Assembly: GCA_965198365.1 (NCBI GenBank) | Contig: OZ240617.1 | Location: 835,938 to 899,937 of the forward strand | Direction of reading: 5' to 3' | DNA length: 64,000 bases | Origin: Candidatus Aldehydirespiratoraceae bacterium | GTDB taxonomy: Bacteria > Actinomycetota > Acidimicrobiia > Acidimicrobiales > Aldehydirespiratoraceae | Shown: positions 8,271 to 18,731 of the stretch, piece after piece | How the letters are laid out: every line of letters starts with the position of its first letter | How positions within the stretch are numbered: the stretch's first letter is position 1 | The notes under the pieces: model-generated | Seen by the model: only the letters and a program-made list of their open reading frames with translations | What the model was told of the DNA's origin: nothing | The model's database searches: none | Position numbers and translations under genes: made by a program

Positions 8271-8696
8271 CTATTGAACGGGAAGGGTCTCTGCTGAATC
8301 CACCGTCCCGAAGAGGTCGGTGTTACGCCCCTCCAACAGAGAGAGAAGCACGCGATGACTAGCGGTGGGGATCGCGAAAGTTGCTTTCGCTCGAGTAATC
8401 GCTGCTTCTGTGATCGGCCCGAGCAGACCGTCGACATCGGAGTCGGGGTCGAGGAAACCCTCGACCCCCAGCAGCCATTGAAGCGTGCTGAGCTCGTCGA
8501 ATGTCAACGGCGCTTCGGCGTTTTCGGGTATCCCGCCGATCCTCAAGCTGTCGCTGTCTTCGTCGGGACTTCTTGCGATTATCGCTCCTTCATCCCCCAA
8601 GGCTTCATCAAAGACGGGACCGGCGAGTTTCGCGGCACCCCACAACGCCGCAACTAGGAGGATCAGAAGCGCTACTCCTCGGATGTGGGTGTCCAT
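8271..8696 (-). CDS. hypothetical membrane-anchored protein (weak peptidoglycan-binding-like motif)
   Basis: N-terminal TM helix. LQWLLGVEGF...DGLLGPITEAAI resembles a PG_binding_1 core. Confidence 0.45.
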   Translation of the reverse strand: MDTHIRGVALLILLVAALWGAAKLAGPVFDEALGDEGAIIARSPDEDSDSLRIGGIPENAEAPLTFDELSTLQWLLGVEGFLDPDSDVDGLLGPITEAAITRAKATFAIPTASHRVLLSLLEGRNTDLFGTVDSAETLPVQ

Positions 8697-8723
8697 GAGT
8701 TCGGTCGTGTACTCGGCAGGCGG

Positions 8724-8981
8724 TCAGTTGGATTTACGGGCGTCAAGCTTGGCCTTGATCTCGGCGCAAGTCTTACAGATCGGGTATTTCAGCGGATCGC
8801 GGCTAGGTACCCAAACCTTCCCGCAAATCGCAACCACGGGTGTGCCCTCCACCGTTGCGCGGGTCACGTCGTTCTTGCGGGCATAATGCGAGAACCGGTC
8901 GTGATCGCCGTCGTCGGTCACCGGGTTGGTGACGGTTTCTTCGGTCGGGGTGATCGTTGGGGTCGAAACGGTGTCGGGCAT
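8724..8981 (-). CDS. DUF3039 domain protein
   Basis: SHYARKNDVTRATVEGTPVVAICGKVWVPSRDPLKYPICKTCAEI matches the actinobacterial DUF3039 pattern. Confidence 0.7.
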   Translation of the reverse strand: MPDTVSTPTITPTEETVTNPVTDDGDHDRFSHYARKNDVTRATVEGTPVVAICGKVWVPSRDPLKYPICKTCAEIKAKLDARKSN

Positions 8982-9148
8982 GAGTCAAGTTTGCCTCAAT
9001 CGCAGCGATTCAGCGCAGATTCGGTTCCCGCACTTGCTTAGACCTTCGCTCCTGGGAGTCATGGTGTCGCTGTGACTCACGGTTTCTGCGCGATTCATAT
9101 TTTGCTGGTGCTTGCGTTTCGTTCGGCGAGTAAGCGTAGCGTGGGCCG

Positions 9149-10057
9149 GTGAATCGGGGTGTGCTGCTCGGTGTCTTGGCCTATCTGTTGTGGGGTCTGT
9201 CGCCGATCTATTGGCGGATCGAAGGCGACGTACCGCTGTTCGATGTGATCTTGTGGCGCGCAGCGGCAGCGGCTGCGTTGTTGGTTGGCTGGCAGGTGAT
9301 CGGGGGTTCGCTGCCGAGGCTTCGAGCGTTGGTGGCTCGGCCTCGCGACTTTCTCATGTTCGCCCTGACCGCCTCTTTGTTGGCCACTAACTGGGTCGCG
9401 TTCATATGGGTCGTGACAACTGACCGGGTTCTGGAGGCAAGCCTCGGGTATTTCATCAATCCGCTGATGAGCGTAGTGCTGGGTGTACTGGTGCTTCGGG
9501 AACGCTTGCGCTTGGTGCCGATGTTGACTGTGCTCATCGCCGCCTGCGGCGTGTTGGTTCTCGCCCTTGACGTCGGCTCGGTTCCGTGGATCGCCCTCTA
9601 CTTGGCTGGATCGTTCGCTCTCTATGGGCTGTTTCGCAAGACTTCGCCGGCAGGTTCTTGGGACGGGTTGACCATTGAGATGCTCGTGCTGTTGCCTTTC
9701 GTGCTGTGTCTGATGGTGGTTCGGGCGCTGAGCGGCGACGGTGTGTTCGGCTTGTCCGATGTAGGCCTCGATATCTGGCTGTTGGGTGCCGGTGCGATGA
9801 CGATTGCACCGCTGCTGCTCTTTTCTGCTTCTGCCAGGCGTATCGAATTGTGGATCGTCGGGATGCTTCAGTTCTTGGCACCGACAATTCAGTTCTTCTT
9901 GGGTGTCTTGTGGTGGAACGAACCTTGGAGCGGTGGACAAGCACTAGGTTTCGTCATGATCTGGCTGGCACTGATTGTGTTTGTGGCCGATACCGGTATC
10001 CAGATCCGTCGCGCTCGTCGATTTTCGAGGCTGGCAGTGTCGAAACCATCATCCTGA
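9149..10057 (+). CDS. rarD: EamA-family transporter RarD
   Basis: Ten-TM-like profile with LWGLSPIYW and GYFINPL motifs. Confidence 0.8.
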   Translation: MNRGVLLGVLAYLLWGLSPIYWRIEGDVPLFDVILWRAAAAAALLVGWQVIGGSLPRLRALVARPRDFLMFALTASLLATNWVAFIWVVTTDRVLEASLGYFINPLMSVVLGVLVLRERLRLVPMLTVLIAACGVLVLALDVGSVPWIALYLAGSFALYGLFRKTSPAGSWDGLTIEMLVLLPFVLCLMVVRALSGDGVFGLSDVGLDIWLLGAGAMTIAPLLLFSASARRIELWIVGMLQFLAPTIQFFLGVLWWNEPWSGGQALGFVMIWLALIVFVADTGIQIRRARRFSRLAVSKPSS

Positions 10058-11680
10058 AACCGGGCGGTCGAGCAGTTGTCGGGCCTTCTCCCGGGCGGAG
10101 TCGAGTGTTTCGACGATTTGATCCACAGGAACACGCCGGAGCACGTCGAGCGATTCAAGGCTGGCCGCGGGTGCGCCGCTGAGACCGGTCACTATGCAGT
10201 CCGTGCCGCTGGCTGCGGCCGTGTCGATCAGTTGTTCGATTACGAGGGCGGCGCTGTCGTCGATGTGGTTGGTTTCGGAGAAATCAAGGATCACGACCTG
10301 GTGACCGACGATGTCATCGCCGATGATCCGCATCAGCTTGCTCGACGATGCGACGGTGTAGCTGCCGCGCAGCTTGACGAGTCCTACCCGAGCCGAATAC
10401 GGGCTGATTCCGTGTTCGTCGGGGTGTTCTTCGCGCAGGAATATTTGGTCCAGCAGGGGTACGGAGATGATGTTGTCGAGTTGGAGTCGTTCGAACTGCC
10501 GTGCTCCGATCATCCCCGACACGATCAAACCCACGGCGATAGCGGTGATCAGGTCCACGAACAGCGTGACCCCCAGGGTCGTGAGCATGATTAACAGGTG
10601 TTCACGCTGAACCCGGTGTATCCGTGCCAGGAATCGCCAGTCGATCATCTCCCAGCCGATAATGAACAACACACCGGCGAGCGCGGCATGCGGGATGAAC
10701 TCGAGATAGTGCCCGAAGCCGAGCACCATCAATAGCAGTCCCAGCACCCGCGTTACAGTTGAGACCCGCGTCTTTCCCCCCATGCGCCTGTTGAGCATCG
10801 TTGTCGCGAACGTCATATGACCGGGCAGGCCACCGAAGAGACCAGCGACCACATTGCCCACCCCCAGGCTAAGAAGGCCTCGGTCTGGATCTTCGCGTGT
10901 GCGCGTCTGGGAATCGACGGCCAGCGACGACACGAGACCGCGCAAAGAACTGAGTAGAGCAATCGTGAGTGCCGGTACCAAAGCAGAAGCCAGGAAGCTG
11001 ACCGACGTGCTCGGTCGCTGTAGTTGCGGAAGGCCGGTCGGAACCCCGTCGATTGTTGCCACGTCGGACAGGTATATGACACTGAGCAGCGTGCCGGCGG
11101 TTAGACCGGCGAGCATTGCGGGCACCATTTGACGCAGTCTGCGCGGCCAGAAGAACGTGACGGTTAGCGTGACCCCCGCGATGATCAAGCTGGACGTGTC
11201 CAAGTCACTTAACGCGTCCGGCCATGTACGGATGGTGTTGACCGGTTTGGAGATCTTGATCGTTCCACCGAGAAACGCTTGAATCTGCGAGAGCACCAGT
11301 ATCACTCCGATGCCCGATGTGAATCCAGCGATCACCGAGTAGGGCGTGTAGGAGATGTAGCTCCCGATCTTCGCCGTGCCGAACAGCATCTGCAGCAGAC
11401 CCGCAAGGATCACAACGGTGAACGCCTCCGCTGCTGTGTCTGCGGTCGTGGCGAGGACAGTAGCCATGGCCACGGCCATTACGCTGCTGGTTGATGCCAT
11501 TTGGGGGCGTTCGCGCCCAAACAAACCGACAAACAAACCGACCGCGATCGCACCGTAGATTCCGCTGACAGCGCCAAGTCCGGAGACCTCCCCGAAAGTA
11601 GCGGCGGCGGTGATCGAGACGACCGCGGCCATTACCCCGCCGGTGACATCGCCACGAAATGTTTGTAGGTCGTAGCGCAT
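10049..11680 (-). CDS. SulP-family anion transporter with C-terminal STAS domain
   Basis: Polytopic N-terminal part. The C-terminal VVILDFSETNHIDDSAALVIEQLI segment looks STAS-like. Confidence 0.85.
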   Translation of the reverse strand: MRYDLQTFRGDVTGGVMAAVVSITAAATFGEVSGLGAVSGIYGAIAVGLFVGLFGRERPQMASTSSVMAVAMATVLATTADTAAEAFTVVILAGLLQMLFGTAKIGSYISYTPYSVIAGFTSGIGVILVLSQIQAFLGGTIKISKPVNTIRTWPDALSDLDTSSLIIAGVTLTVTFFWPRRLRQMVPAMLAGLTAGTLLSVIYLSDVATIDGVPTGLPQLQRPSTSVSFLASALVPALTIALLSSLRGLVSSLAVDSQTRTREDPDRGLLSLGVGNVVAGLFGGLPGHMTFATTMLNRRMGGKTRVSTVTRVLGLLLMVLGFGHYLEFIPHAALAGVLFIIGWEMIDWRFLARIHRVQREHLLIMLTTLGVTLFVDLITAIAVGLIVSGMIGARQFERLQLDNIISVPLLDQIFLREEHPDEHGISPYSARVGLVKLRGSYTVASSSKLMRIIGDDIVGHQVVILDFSETNHIDDSAALVIEQLIDTAAASGTDCIVTGLSGAPAASLESLDVLRRVPVDQIVETLDSAREKARQLLDRPVSG

Positions 11681-11770
11681 CTCGCCCGAGAAGCTTAGTT
11701 GACCGCGAGGAATTCTCTATCGGTGCCGGTCATGCAAAGAACCTGTCGCATGGCGGTTCCTCCCGTCGGC

Positions 11771-12664
11771 TCAGGGCGTCGGTGTGAGTGTGTGGGTGCG
11801 CTCGATGTTGGCAACGATCGCGTCGCAAAGCTCTTGCCAGCGTGGGCGGGGAAGGTCGTGGCCCGTGTCGGGCAGCATCAACAGTCGAGAACTGGGGATG
11901 GCCCGAGCTGTGGCGATACCGCCGCTGGGCTTGACGAGCGGGTCTTTCATGCCATGGATAACCAGTGTCGGCACATGCACCTGAGCGAGTCTTTTGGTGC
12001 GGTCTCGACTGGCGCCGATGGCTGCCGCTTGGCGGGCAGTGCCCTTGGGTGTGAAGCTCCTTTGGACCCCAGCGGTCGCTGTGATTCGGTGCCGCTCGGC
12101 GTCGAAATGGTCGCCGGAGATGGCCCGAAACATCTTCAGGGATTCGTCTACCGCGTTTTCGGGTGTGAGTTCGGGTCGTTTGCGAAACTGTCGGATAAGC
12201 GACAGGGCGATGCCACCGGACTTTCGATCTCCGGGCTTGCTGGCAATGGAACAAAGGCTACGAACTTTATTCGGGTGATTGATGGCCATGGCTTGGGCGA
12301 TCATGCCACCCATTGAGATACCGACGACATGTGCCGAATCGATGCCCATAGCGCCCAATAGTTGGGCGGCGTCAACAGCCATTTCTTCGACGGTGTAGCC
12401 GATGCCTTGCAGAGGCCGTCGGGTCAGCATCGACATCATGGACTTGCGGGTTGATGGGGGTTCCCAATCAGTTTGAGTTGACAGGCCTGCGTCGCGATTG
12501 TCGAAGCGGATGACCTGGAAACCACGAGCAACGAAGAGGTCAACGAATTCCTCGGGCCAGTCGATGAGTTGCCCACCGAGACCCATCACAAACAAGATCG
12601 GTTCGCCCTCCCCCCGAACCTCGTATTCGATGGTCATCCCGTTGGCTACTTCAACACTAGGCAT
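11771..12664 (-). CDS. alpha/beta hydrolase
   Basis: PILFVMGLGGQ, nucleophile elbow GISMGGMIA, C-terminal GHDLP. Confidence 0.8.
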   Translation of the reverse strand: MPSVEVANGMTIEYEVRGEGEPILFVMGLGGQLIDWPEEFVDLFVARGFQVIRFDNRDAGLSTQTDWEPPSTRKSMMSMLTRRPLQGIGYTVEEMAVDAAQLLGAMGIDSAHVVGISMGGMIAQAMAINHPNKVRSLCSIASKPGDRKSGGIALSLIRQFRKRPELTPENAVDESLKMFRAISGDHFDAERHRITATAGVQRSFTPKGTARQAAAIGASRDRTKRLAQVHVPTLVIHGMKDPLVKPSGGIATARAIPSSRLLMLPDTGHDLPRPRWQELCDAIVANIERTHTLTPTP

Positions 12665-12688
12665 CTTTCGATATTACTAGGCCCAGGG

Positions 12689-14647
12689 CTAAATCGATTG
12701 AGAAGTCGCCAACGCGGGGTGATTGCGGAACTCATTGAGCGTTTCGGGGTTGGCTAGAGCTTCGGTATTTGTGACCTTGTCGCCATGAACCACGGCCCGC
12801 ACTGCTAACTCAACGATCTTGCCGCTACGGGTCCGCGGAATTTCGCTGACCTGGCCGATCACCGCTGGCACGTGTCGCGGAGTTGTGCCAGCCCGCACGG
12901 TTGCCTTGATTCGATTCACGAGTTCCTCGTCAAGTGATCGACGCTCAGCGAGGACGACGAACAAGACGATACGGGTGTCGCCCTCATGGGTTTGGCCGAT
13001 GACGACGCTCTCGATCACTTCCGGGACTTTGTCGAGTTGGCGATATATCTCGGCTGTGCCGATGCGGACACCACCGGGATTGAGGGTGGCGTCGGAACGG
13101 CCATGGATAATGAACCCGTTGTGCTCGGTCCGTGCGGCGAAGTCGCCTTGGTGCCAAACGCCTGGAATTCGCTGGTAATACGCTGCTTTATAGCGGGCAT
13201 CGTCGGGGTCGTCGCGAAAACCGAGTGGCATCGACGGGAACGCACTGCGACACACCAACTCACCTCGGACCCCAGTATCAAGCGGGTTGCCGAGTGCATC
13301 AACTACATCCATATCAAGTCCCAACGCAGCGCGCTGGATCTCACCGGCGTAAACCGAGCTGGTTGGATCACCAGCCACGAGACATCCGCAAAGATCAGTG
13401 CCTCCAGAGATGGAGGCCAAGTGCAAGTCAGGTTTGACACGCTCATAAACGGTGCGAAACCCCTCGGGTGTCAGCGTCGAACCGGTGGAAGTCATGGTGC
13501 GGACGCTTCTTAGATCGTGAGAATCGACGGGGCGCAGATCAGAACGCCCCAGCGCTTCAATGAACTTTGCGGAGGTGCCGAACAGGGTTATTCGGGCTCT
13601 ATCGGCCAGGTCGAAGAGCCGGTTGCCATCAGGGAACATCGGAGCGCCGTCGTACAGCACCAGGGTCGCCCCAGAAGCCAGGCTGGAAACCTGCCAGTTC
13701 CACATCATCCAGCCAGCGGTCGTGTAGTAGAAGACCCGGTCACCAGTTCTGATGTCGCAATGAAGTTGATGTTCGATCAGGTGTTTCAGCAGGACCCCGC
13801 CGCTGCGATGGACGATGCATTTCGGTTTGCCGGTGGTGCCTGAAGAAAACAGCACGTACCAGGGGTGATCGAAACCGAAACGAGTGAACGTGGGCTCGGT
13901 TGGTTCGACCTGGTTGACGAAGTCCTCCAGCGTGACGGCCTTGGCGACACCTCCGAGGCCACCGTCGCCCATGTGAGAGACCACAACGATCTGCTCCACT
14001 GACGGCAACGCCGCGTCGACCTCGCCAAGCAGCGCGAGCCGGTCGTGGGTCTTGCCGTTATAGCTGTAGGCGTCGCACACAAACAGAAGTTTCGGCTTGA
14101 CTTGGCCGAACCTGTCGACGACTCCATCGACGCCGAAATCGGGAGAGGTTGACGAAAACACCGCCCCGATTGAGGTAGTCGCCAACATCACCGCGACGGT
14201 CTCGATGATGTGTGGCAACCATGCTGCGACACAGTCTCCCGCGCCCACTCCTGCTCGACGCATGGCAACCTGGAGTTGCCCAACAAGCAACCTGAGTTCG
14301 CTGCCGCTGATCTCTGTGTAGATCGAGGGGTCTTCCCCAAACGACATCACCGCGGGTTGGTTGCTTGCAACAGAACCCAGCAGGTTCTCAGCCACGTTCA
14401 GCGAGGCGTCGGGAAAGAATCGGGTTTTCCAGAATGGTTCGGCCACCTCGATGATCCGGTCGCCTCGGTCGCCGATCACGCCCAACTCATCCCAGGCGGC
14501 GGCCCAGAAATCAGCTGGCTCTGCGACTGACCAGGCGTGCAACTCCGGATATGTGGCGAACCCGTGACGGCCCGCAAACTCGGCCAGATTGGTGCGGCTG
14601 GCATTCTCTGACGACGGCGACCACAACAACGATCCAGAGGCGTTCAC
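12689..14647 (-). CDS. acetoacetate--CoA ligase (acetoacetyl-CoA synthetase)
   Basis: N-terminal LLWSPS...YPELHAWSV..PADFW, the AMP-binding motif FSSGTTGKPKCIVH, and a length of 652 aa. Confidence 0.85.
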   Translation of the reverse strand: MNASGSLLWSPSSENASRTNLAEFAGRHGFATYPELHAWSVAEPADFWAAAWDELGVIGDRGDRIIEVAEPFWKTRFFPDASLNVAENLLGSVASNQPAVMSFGEDPSIYTEISGSELRLLVGQLQVAMRRAGVGAGDCVAAWLPHIIETVAVMLATTSIGAVFSSTSPDFGVDGVVDRFGQVKPKLLFVCDAYSYNGKTHDRLALLGEVDAALPSVEQIVVVSHMGDGGLGGVAKAVTLEDFVNQVEPTEPTFTRFGFDHPWYVLFSSGTTGKPKCIVHRSGGVLLKHLIEHQLHCDIRTGDRVFYYTTAGWMMWNWQVSSLASGATLVLYDGAPMFPDGNRLFDLADRARITLFGTSAKFIEALGRSDLRPVDSHDLRSVRTMTSTGSTLTPEGFRTVYERVKPDLHLASISGGTDLCGCLVAGDPTSSVYAGEIQRAALGLDMDVVDALGNPLDTGVRGELVCRSAFPSMPLGFRDDPDDARYKAAYYQRIPGVWHQGDFAARTEHNGFIIHGRSDATLNPGGVRIGTAEIYRQLDKVPEVIESVVIGQTHEGDTRIVLFVVLAERRSLDEELVNRIKATVRAGTTPRHVPAVIGQVSEIPRTRSGKIVELAVRAVVHGDKVTNTEALANPETLNEFRNHPALATSQSI

Positions 14648-14667
14648 GGCGGCACCATACCGCGGTG

Positions 14668-14734
14668 TCGTTGCCGGGCGCAGCCGGAGCCGCGGTCTCT
14701 GCTTTCGCCGGGCGTAGCCGGAGCCGCGGTCTCC
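14668..14734. repeat. intergenic tandem repeat (~33 bp x2) carrying the dispersed core gctttcgccgggcgtagccggagccgcgg
   Basis: 14701-14729 is identical over 29 nt to units of the array at 20434-20604. Confidence 0.85.
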
Positions 14735-14741
14735 CCGGTTG

Positions 14742-16652
14742 TCACACCGAGTCGGTGGCTTCGAGTTGTTCTGCGGCTTCGGTCCAGTCTTGCATCAAGG
14801 TGGCGGCGTGGGTGGTGGCTTCCTCGTACAGCGCAGCCAGTCTTTGGAGTTCTTCGGGATCATCACAGATCTTGGGATCAGCCAGACGCGTCTCCAGGTC
14901 GGCGACGACCGCATCGGCTTCAGCCAAGTTGCGTTCCAAGCGGGAGACCTGCTTGCGCAGCTCGGCGGTGGCTTGGCGGGCTTGCGCCGTTTCGCGTCGA
15001 CGCTGTGTGCGGGGATTCGACGACTTGTTCGGTGCCAGTTTCGCTGATCCGAACTTGCTGGGGTCTGCGGGAGTCAGAACTTCGTCTGGTACACCTGCGT
15101 GCCGGCTTGCCTTGCCGTGGCGCACTTCGATGATGGCGTCGGCCACGTTGCGTATCAGATGACGGTCGTGGGTGACCAGCAGAACCGTGCCGGGATAGGC
15201 CGTCAGAGCGTCTTCCAAGACATCGCAACTTGGCAGGTCGAGATGGTTCGTGGGTTCGTCGAGGACCAGCAGATTGACAGGCTCGATCATGGTTCGAGCA
15301 AGAGCTAAACGGGTGCATTCACCACCGGAGAGGTCTCGTACATAGCGGTCGGCGGCGTCGCCAGGAAAGTCGAACGAGCCGAGCACGGTCCGCAGATTTC
15401 GTTTGCCTGGGTCGATCCCGCCGGAGAACAACTCGATAACGGTCTTGGTGCCGTCGAGTCCATCGGCTTGGTGCTGATGGAACGCCGCGACACTCACGTT
15501 GTTACCGAGCTGAGCGGTTCCCTCGGTGGGTTCAAGTTGCCCCAGAATGAGCTTCAGGAGAGTGGTTTTTCCGCCGCCGTTGGGTCCGACAAGGGCCACC
15601 GTTTCGCCTCGTTCGACGGTCAGCGACACATCTGACACGACTGGTATGTCGTCGTAGCCAACAGTGGCGTTGTGAAACTCCGCGACGACCCGTGACGACC
15701 GAGGCGGCTCCGGGAAAGCGAATCGGGCCACCAGTTCCTTGCGGTCAGGGACCTTGATCATCTCCAGTTTCTGAAGGGTCTTGACGCGGCTCTGCACTTG
15801 GCGGGCCTTGGAGGCCTTGTAACGGAACCGATTGATGAATCTCTCGACTTTGGCCACCTCACGGGCTTGGTTCGCGGCGGCGGCTTCTATCCGCGCCAAG
15901 CGTTCCTCGCGGGCGACCACGAACTCGGCGAACCCGCCCACGTACTCGAGCGCAGTGCCTTCGGCCAGCTCCACAACTCGGTCGGCGATGGCGTCGATGA
16001 AGTCGCGGTCGTGACTGACGAACAGCAGAGCGCCGGGCCACGCCGCGAGCTGTTGTTCGAGCCAGGCGACCGAATCGACATCTAGATGGTTGGTTGGCTC
16101 GTCGAGGATCAACACGTCGGGTTTAGCCAACAGCAAGCGAGCCAACGCGACGCGCATGCGCCAACCGCCGGACAGTTCACTCACGTTGCGGTCAGCGTCA
16201 CCTTCGGCGAAGCCAAGTCCAGCGAGCACCTTTCGAGCTTCTGCTTCGAGGGCGTAACCACCCATCGATTCGAATCGGCTTTGCGTCTCCCCGTAGTTGT
16301 CCAGAATCTTGTCTTGGTCTTGGTCAGGGTCGCCCATCAGGGTTTCGAGTTCGTTGAGGCGATCAGCGAGGAGTGCCAGCTCACCCGCCCCGCTTACTAC
16401 TTCGGCAAGTACTGTTCTTTTGGAGGTGTCAACAAGATCTTGCGGCAGATAGCCCAGGGTCATGTTTCGGGGTTTGGTGACCGAGCCGGCGTCGGGCCGG
16501 TTTGTGCCCATGAGAATCTCAATAAGCGTGGTTTTGCCCGTCCCGTTGCCGCCTACCAAAGCGATCCGTCGACCGGCTGTGAGCAGCAGCGTTACGTCGC
16601 GAAAGAGTTCACGAGGGCCATATGACTTGGCCAAACCCGACGCGGTGAGCAT
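14742..16652 (-). CDS. ABC-F family ATPase (two ABC domains plus C-terminal coiled coil)
   Basis: Two Walker A motifs (GGNGTGKTT, GPNGGGKTT), two LSGG signatures and no TM domain. Confidence 0.9.
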   Translation of the reverse strand: MLTASGLAKSYGPRELFRDVTLLLTAGRRIALVGGNGTGKTTLIEILMGTNRPDAGSVTKPRNMTLGYLPQDLVDTSKRTVLAEVVSGAGELALLADRLNELETLMGDPDQDQDKILDNYGETQSRFESMGGYALEAEARKVLAGLGFAEGDADRNVSELSGGWRMRVALARLLLAKPDVLILDEPTNHLDVDSVAWLEQQLAAWPGALLFVSHDRDFIDAIADRVVELAEGTALEYVGGFAEFVVAREERLARIEAAAANQAREVAKVERFINRFRYKASKARQVQSRVKTLQKLEMIKVPDRKELVARFAFPEPPRSSRVVAEFHNATVGYDDIPVVSDVSLTVERGETVALVGPNGGGKTTLLKLILGQLEPTEGTAQLGNNVSVAAFHQHQADGLDGTKTVIELFSGGIDPGKRNLRTVLGSFDFPGDAADRYVRDLSGGECTRLALARTMIEPVNLLVLDEPTNHLDLPSCDVLEDALTAYPGTVLLVTHDRHLIRNVADAIIEVRHGKASRHAGVPDEVLTPADPSKFGSAKLAPNKSSNPRTQRRRETAQARQATAELRKQVSRLERNLAEADAVVADLETRLADPKICDDPEELQRLAALYEEATTHAATLMQDWTEAAEQLEATDSV

Positions 16653-16658
16653 CGAACT

Positions 16659-17483
16659 TCAGCCGAAGAAATCATCCAGTGCCGATTCAGCACAAGATGC
16701 GATGCCTGCGTTGGGTGCTTCGCCTTCAAGCCGGCTCAGCCAAGTCACCGAGGCATAACCGGCCATCACCGCGCCGGTGTCGTCCTCGGTTGGAGTGTCG
16801 ATCGGATCTCCCCAAGACATGTCAACGGTGAAAGCGCCGTCGTGTCCTGGTTTGGAGACGAGCGATGCCGAAGCTATCGAGCGTGGGGGAGCGGAACAGA
16901 CTTTTGTGCGCTTCCATCCTTCCATCTCCGCTGCGGGCCGGTTCGGCACATTGATGTTGATCACGACCGGGTCGGTCGGGAGGTCGGTGATCAACTGTTG
17001 GACCACGACCGCGGCGATGTCGGCGGCACCTTGCCAGTTTTGGTTGGCGAGCATGGCTTCCCAGCCCTGGCCCTCAACGCCCCAGTTGTCGATTGACTGG
17101 CTGACAGCGACCGCGTTTATGCCACCGTTGCGAGCGGTGAGGCACGCTCCGACCGTCCCAGAGTGGTAGACGCTTCGTCCCACGTTGGCGCCGGGGTTGA
17201 TGCCTGAGACGACGAGGTCGATGTCGCCGAAAGCGCCGAGACGCCCGAACATGGCGCACAAAGCGGGCGCTGCGGAGACCGACCACGCTTCGTCGATACC
17301 CTCGATCTGGGTGCGATGTACTTCGGGCTCCATGTGCCAGATGGAGCCGATCGCGGCACCGTATCCAGAGTATTCGGAGTCGGGTGCGGCGATGATCACA
17401 TCGCCGAAGGGCCGCATAGTCCTGGCGAGTACATGCAGCCCGATCGAATCAATACCGTCATCGTTAGTAACCAAAATGCGCAC
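16659..17483 (-). CDS. surE: 5'/3'-nucleotidase SurE
   Basis: MRILVTNDDGIDSIG N-terminus and GINPGANVG motif. Confidence 0.85.
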   Translation of the reverse strand: MRILVTNDDGIDSIGLHVLARTMRPFGDVIIAAPDSEYSGYGAAIGSIWHMEPEVHRTQIEGIDEAWSVSAAPALCAMFGRLGAFGDIDLVVSGINPGANVGRSVYHSGTVGACLTARNGGINAVAVSQSIDNWGVEGQGWEAMLANQNWQGAADIAAVVVQQLITDLPTDPVVININVPNRPAAEMEGWKRTKVCSAPPRSIASASLVSKPGHDGAFTVDMSWGDPIDTPTEDDTGAVMAGYASVTWLSRLEGEAPNAGIASCAESALDDFFG

Positions 17484-17546
17484 CGCACGACCCTATCGGC
17501 ACTCACCAGATGTGTGTGGAAGGGAGGACGGCGTAAGATCGCTGCG

Positions 17547-18731
17547 GTGGAACCAGTGCCGTATCTCACTGAACGCCTACAGGGCTTTGGCACCACGATC
17601 TTCACGGCTATGTCGGCGCTCGCAATTGAGACCCAATCGGTGAACCTCGGGCAGGGGTTCCCGGACACCGATGGTCCGGTCGCTGTTTCTCAAGCGGCGA
17701 TCGACGCCATCAAGACCGGCCACAACCAGTATCCGCCGTTGCCGGGGATAGAGCCGCTGCGCCTCGCAGTTGCCGAGCATCGCCTTCGTTTTCGCGGCCA
17801 AAGGTTTGACCCCGCCAGCGAAGTACTAATCACCACGGGCGCTACGGAAGCTTTGGCTGCAGCAATGCTGTCGTTGACCGGACCGGGTGATGAAGTCGTT
17901 ACCTTCGAGCCCTACTACGACTCCTACGCAGCCGGGATTGCTATGAGCGGTGCGCAGCGCAGGGTTGTGACTTTGCGAGGTCGTGATTTCGCTTTCGACC
18001 CGGCCGAGCTTGAAGCCGCGTTCACCCCCAATACGAAACTGATGTTGCTCAACTCGCCGCACAACCCGACCGGCAAGGTCTTTTCTCGCGCAGAACTCGA
18101 GATCATCGCCCGAGTCTGCATTGACAACGATGTCATTGCGGTGACCGACGAGGTCTATGAACATCTCGTGTTCGACGACGCCGAACACATTCCCCTGGCC
18201 ACGTTGCCACAGATGGCAGAACGAACCATCACGATTTCGTCTGCTGGAAAGATCTTCTCGTTCACCGGCTGGAAAATTGGTTGGGCGTGTGGCCCTGCCG
18301 AACTGATCAACGCGGTACGCACCGCCAAACAGTTCCTGACGTTTGTGAGCGGCGCGCCGTTGCAACCCGCGGTCGCGGTGGGTCTTCGTCTCGGCGATGA
18401 TTTCTTTGATAGCTACACCGCAGAGATGCAGTCGAAGCGAGACCGTCTGGTAACCGGGCTTGACGCAGCCGGATTCGATGTGATCGTTCCTAAGGGCACT
18501 TATTTCGTCACCGCCGACATCAATTCGATGGACGAGACCGATGGCATCGACTTTTGTATGTCGCTTCCGAAGCGTTGTGGTGTGGTGGCGGTTCCGACGC
18601 AGGTCTTCTACGACAATGCCGAGGCTGGCCTACAGCTAGTGCGCTTCGCCTTCTGCAAACGCGATGAAGTCTTAGACGAGGCGAGTCGTCGACTGAAAAA
18701 TCTCTGCGGTTTGAAGAGGGGAGTGAGCTGA
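17547..18731 (+). CDS. class I/II aminotransferase (YbdL / glutamine-transaminase-like)
   Basis: NLGQGFPD, YPPLPG and SAGKIFSFTGWKIGW (PLP lysine) motifs. GTG 17547 chosen as start; the ORF is open from 17316. Confidence 0.8.
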   Translation: MEPVPYLTERLQGFGTTIFTAMSALAIETQSVNLGQGFPDTDGPVAVSQAAIDAIKTGHNQYPPLPGIEPLRLAVAEHRLRFRGQRFDPASEVLITTGATEALAAAMLSLTGPGDEVVTFEPYYDSYAAGIAMSGAQRRVVTLRGRDFAFDPAELEAAFTPNTKLMLLNSPHNPTGKVFSRAELEIIARVCIDNDVIAVTDEVYEHLVFDDAEHIPLATLPQMAERTITISSAGKIFSFTGWKIGWACGPAELINAVRTAKQFLTFVSGAPLQPAVAVGLRLGDDFFDSYTAEMQSKRDRLVTGLDAAGFDVIVPKGTYFVTADINSMDETDGIDFCMSLPKRCGVVAVPTQVFYDNAEAGLQLVRFAFCKRDEVLDEASRRLKNLCGLKRGVS

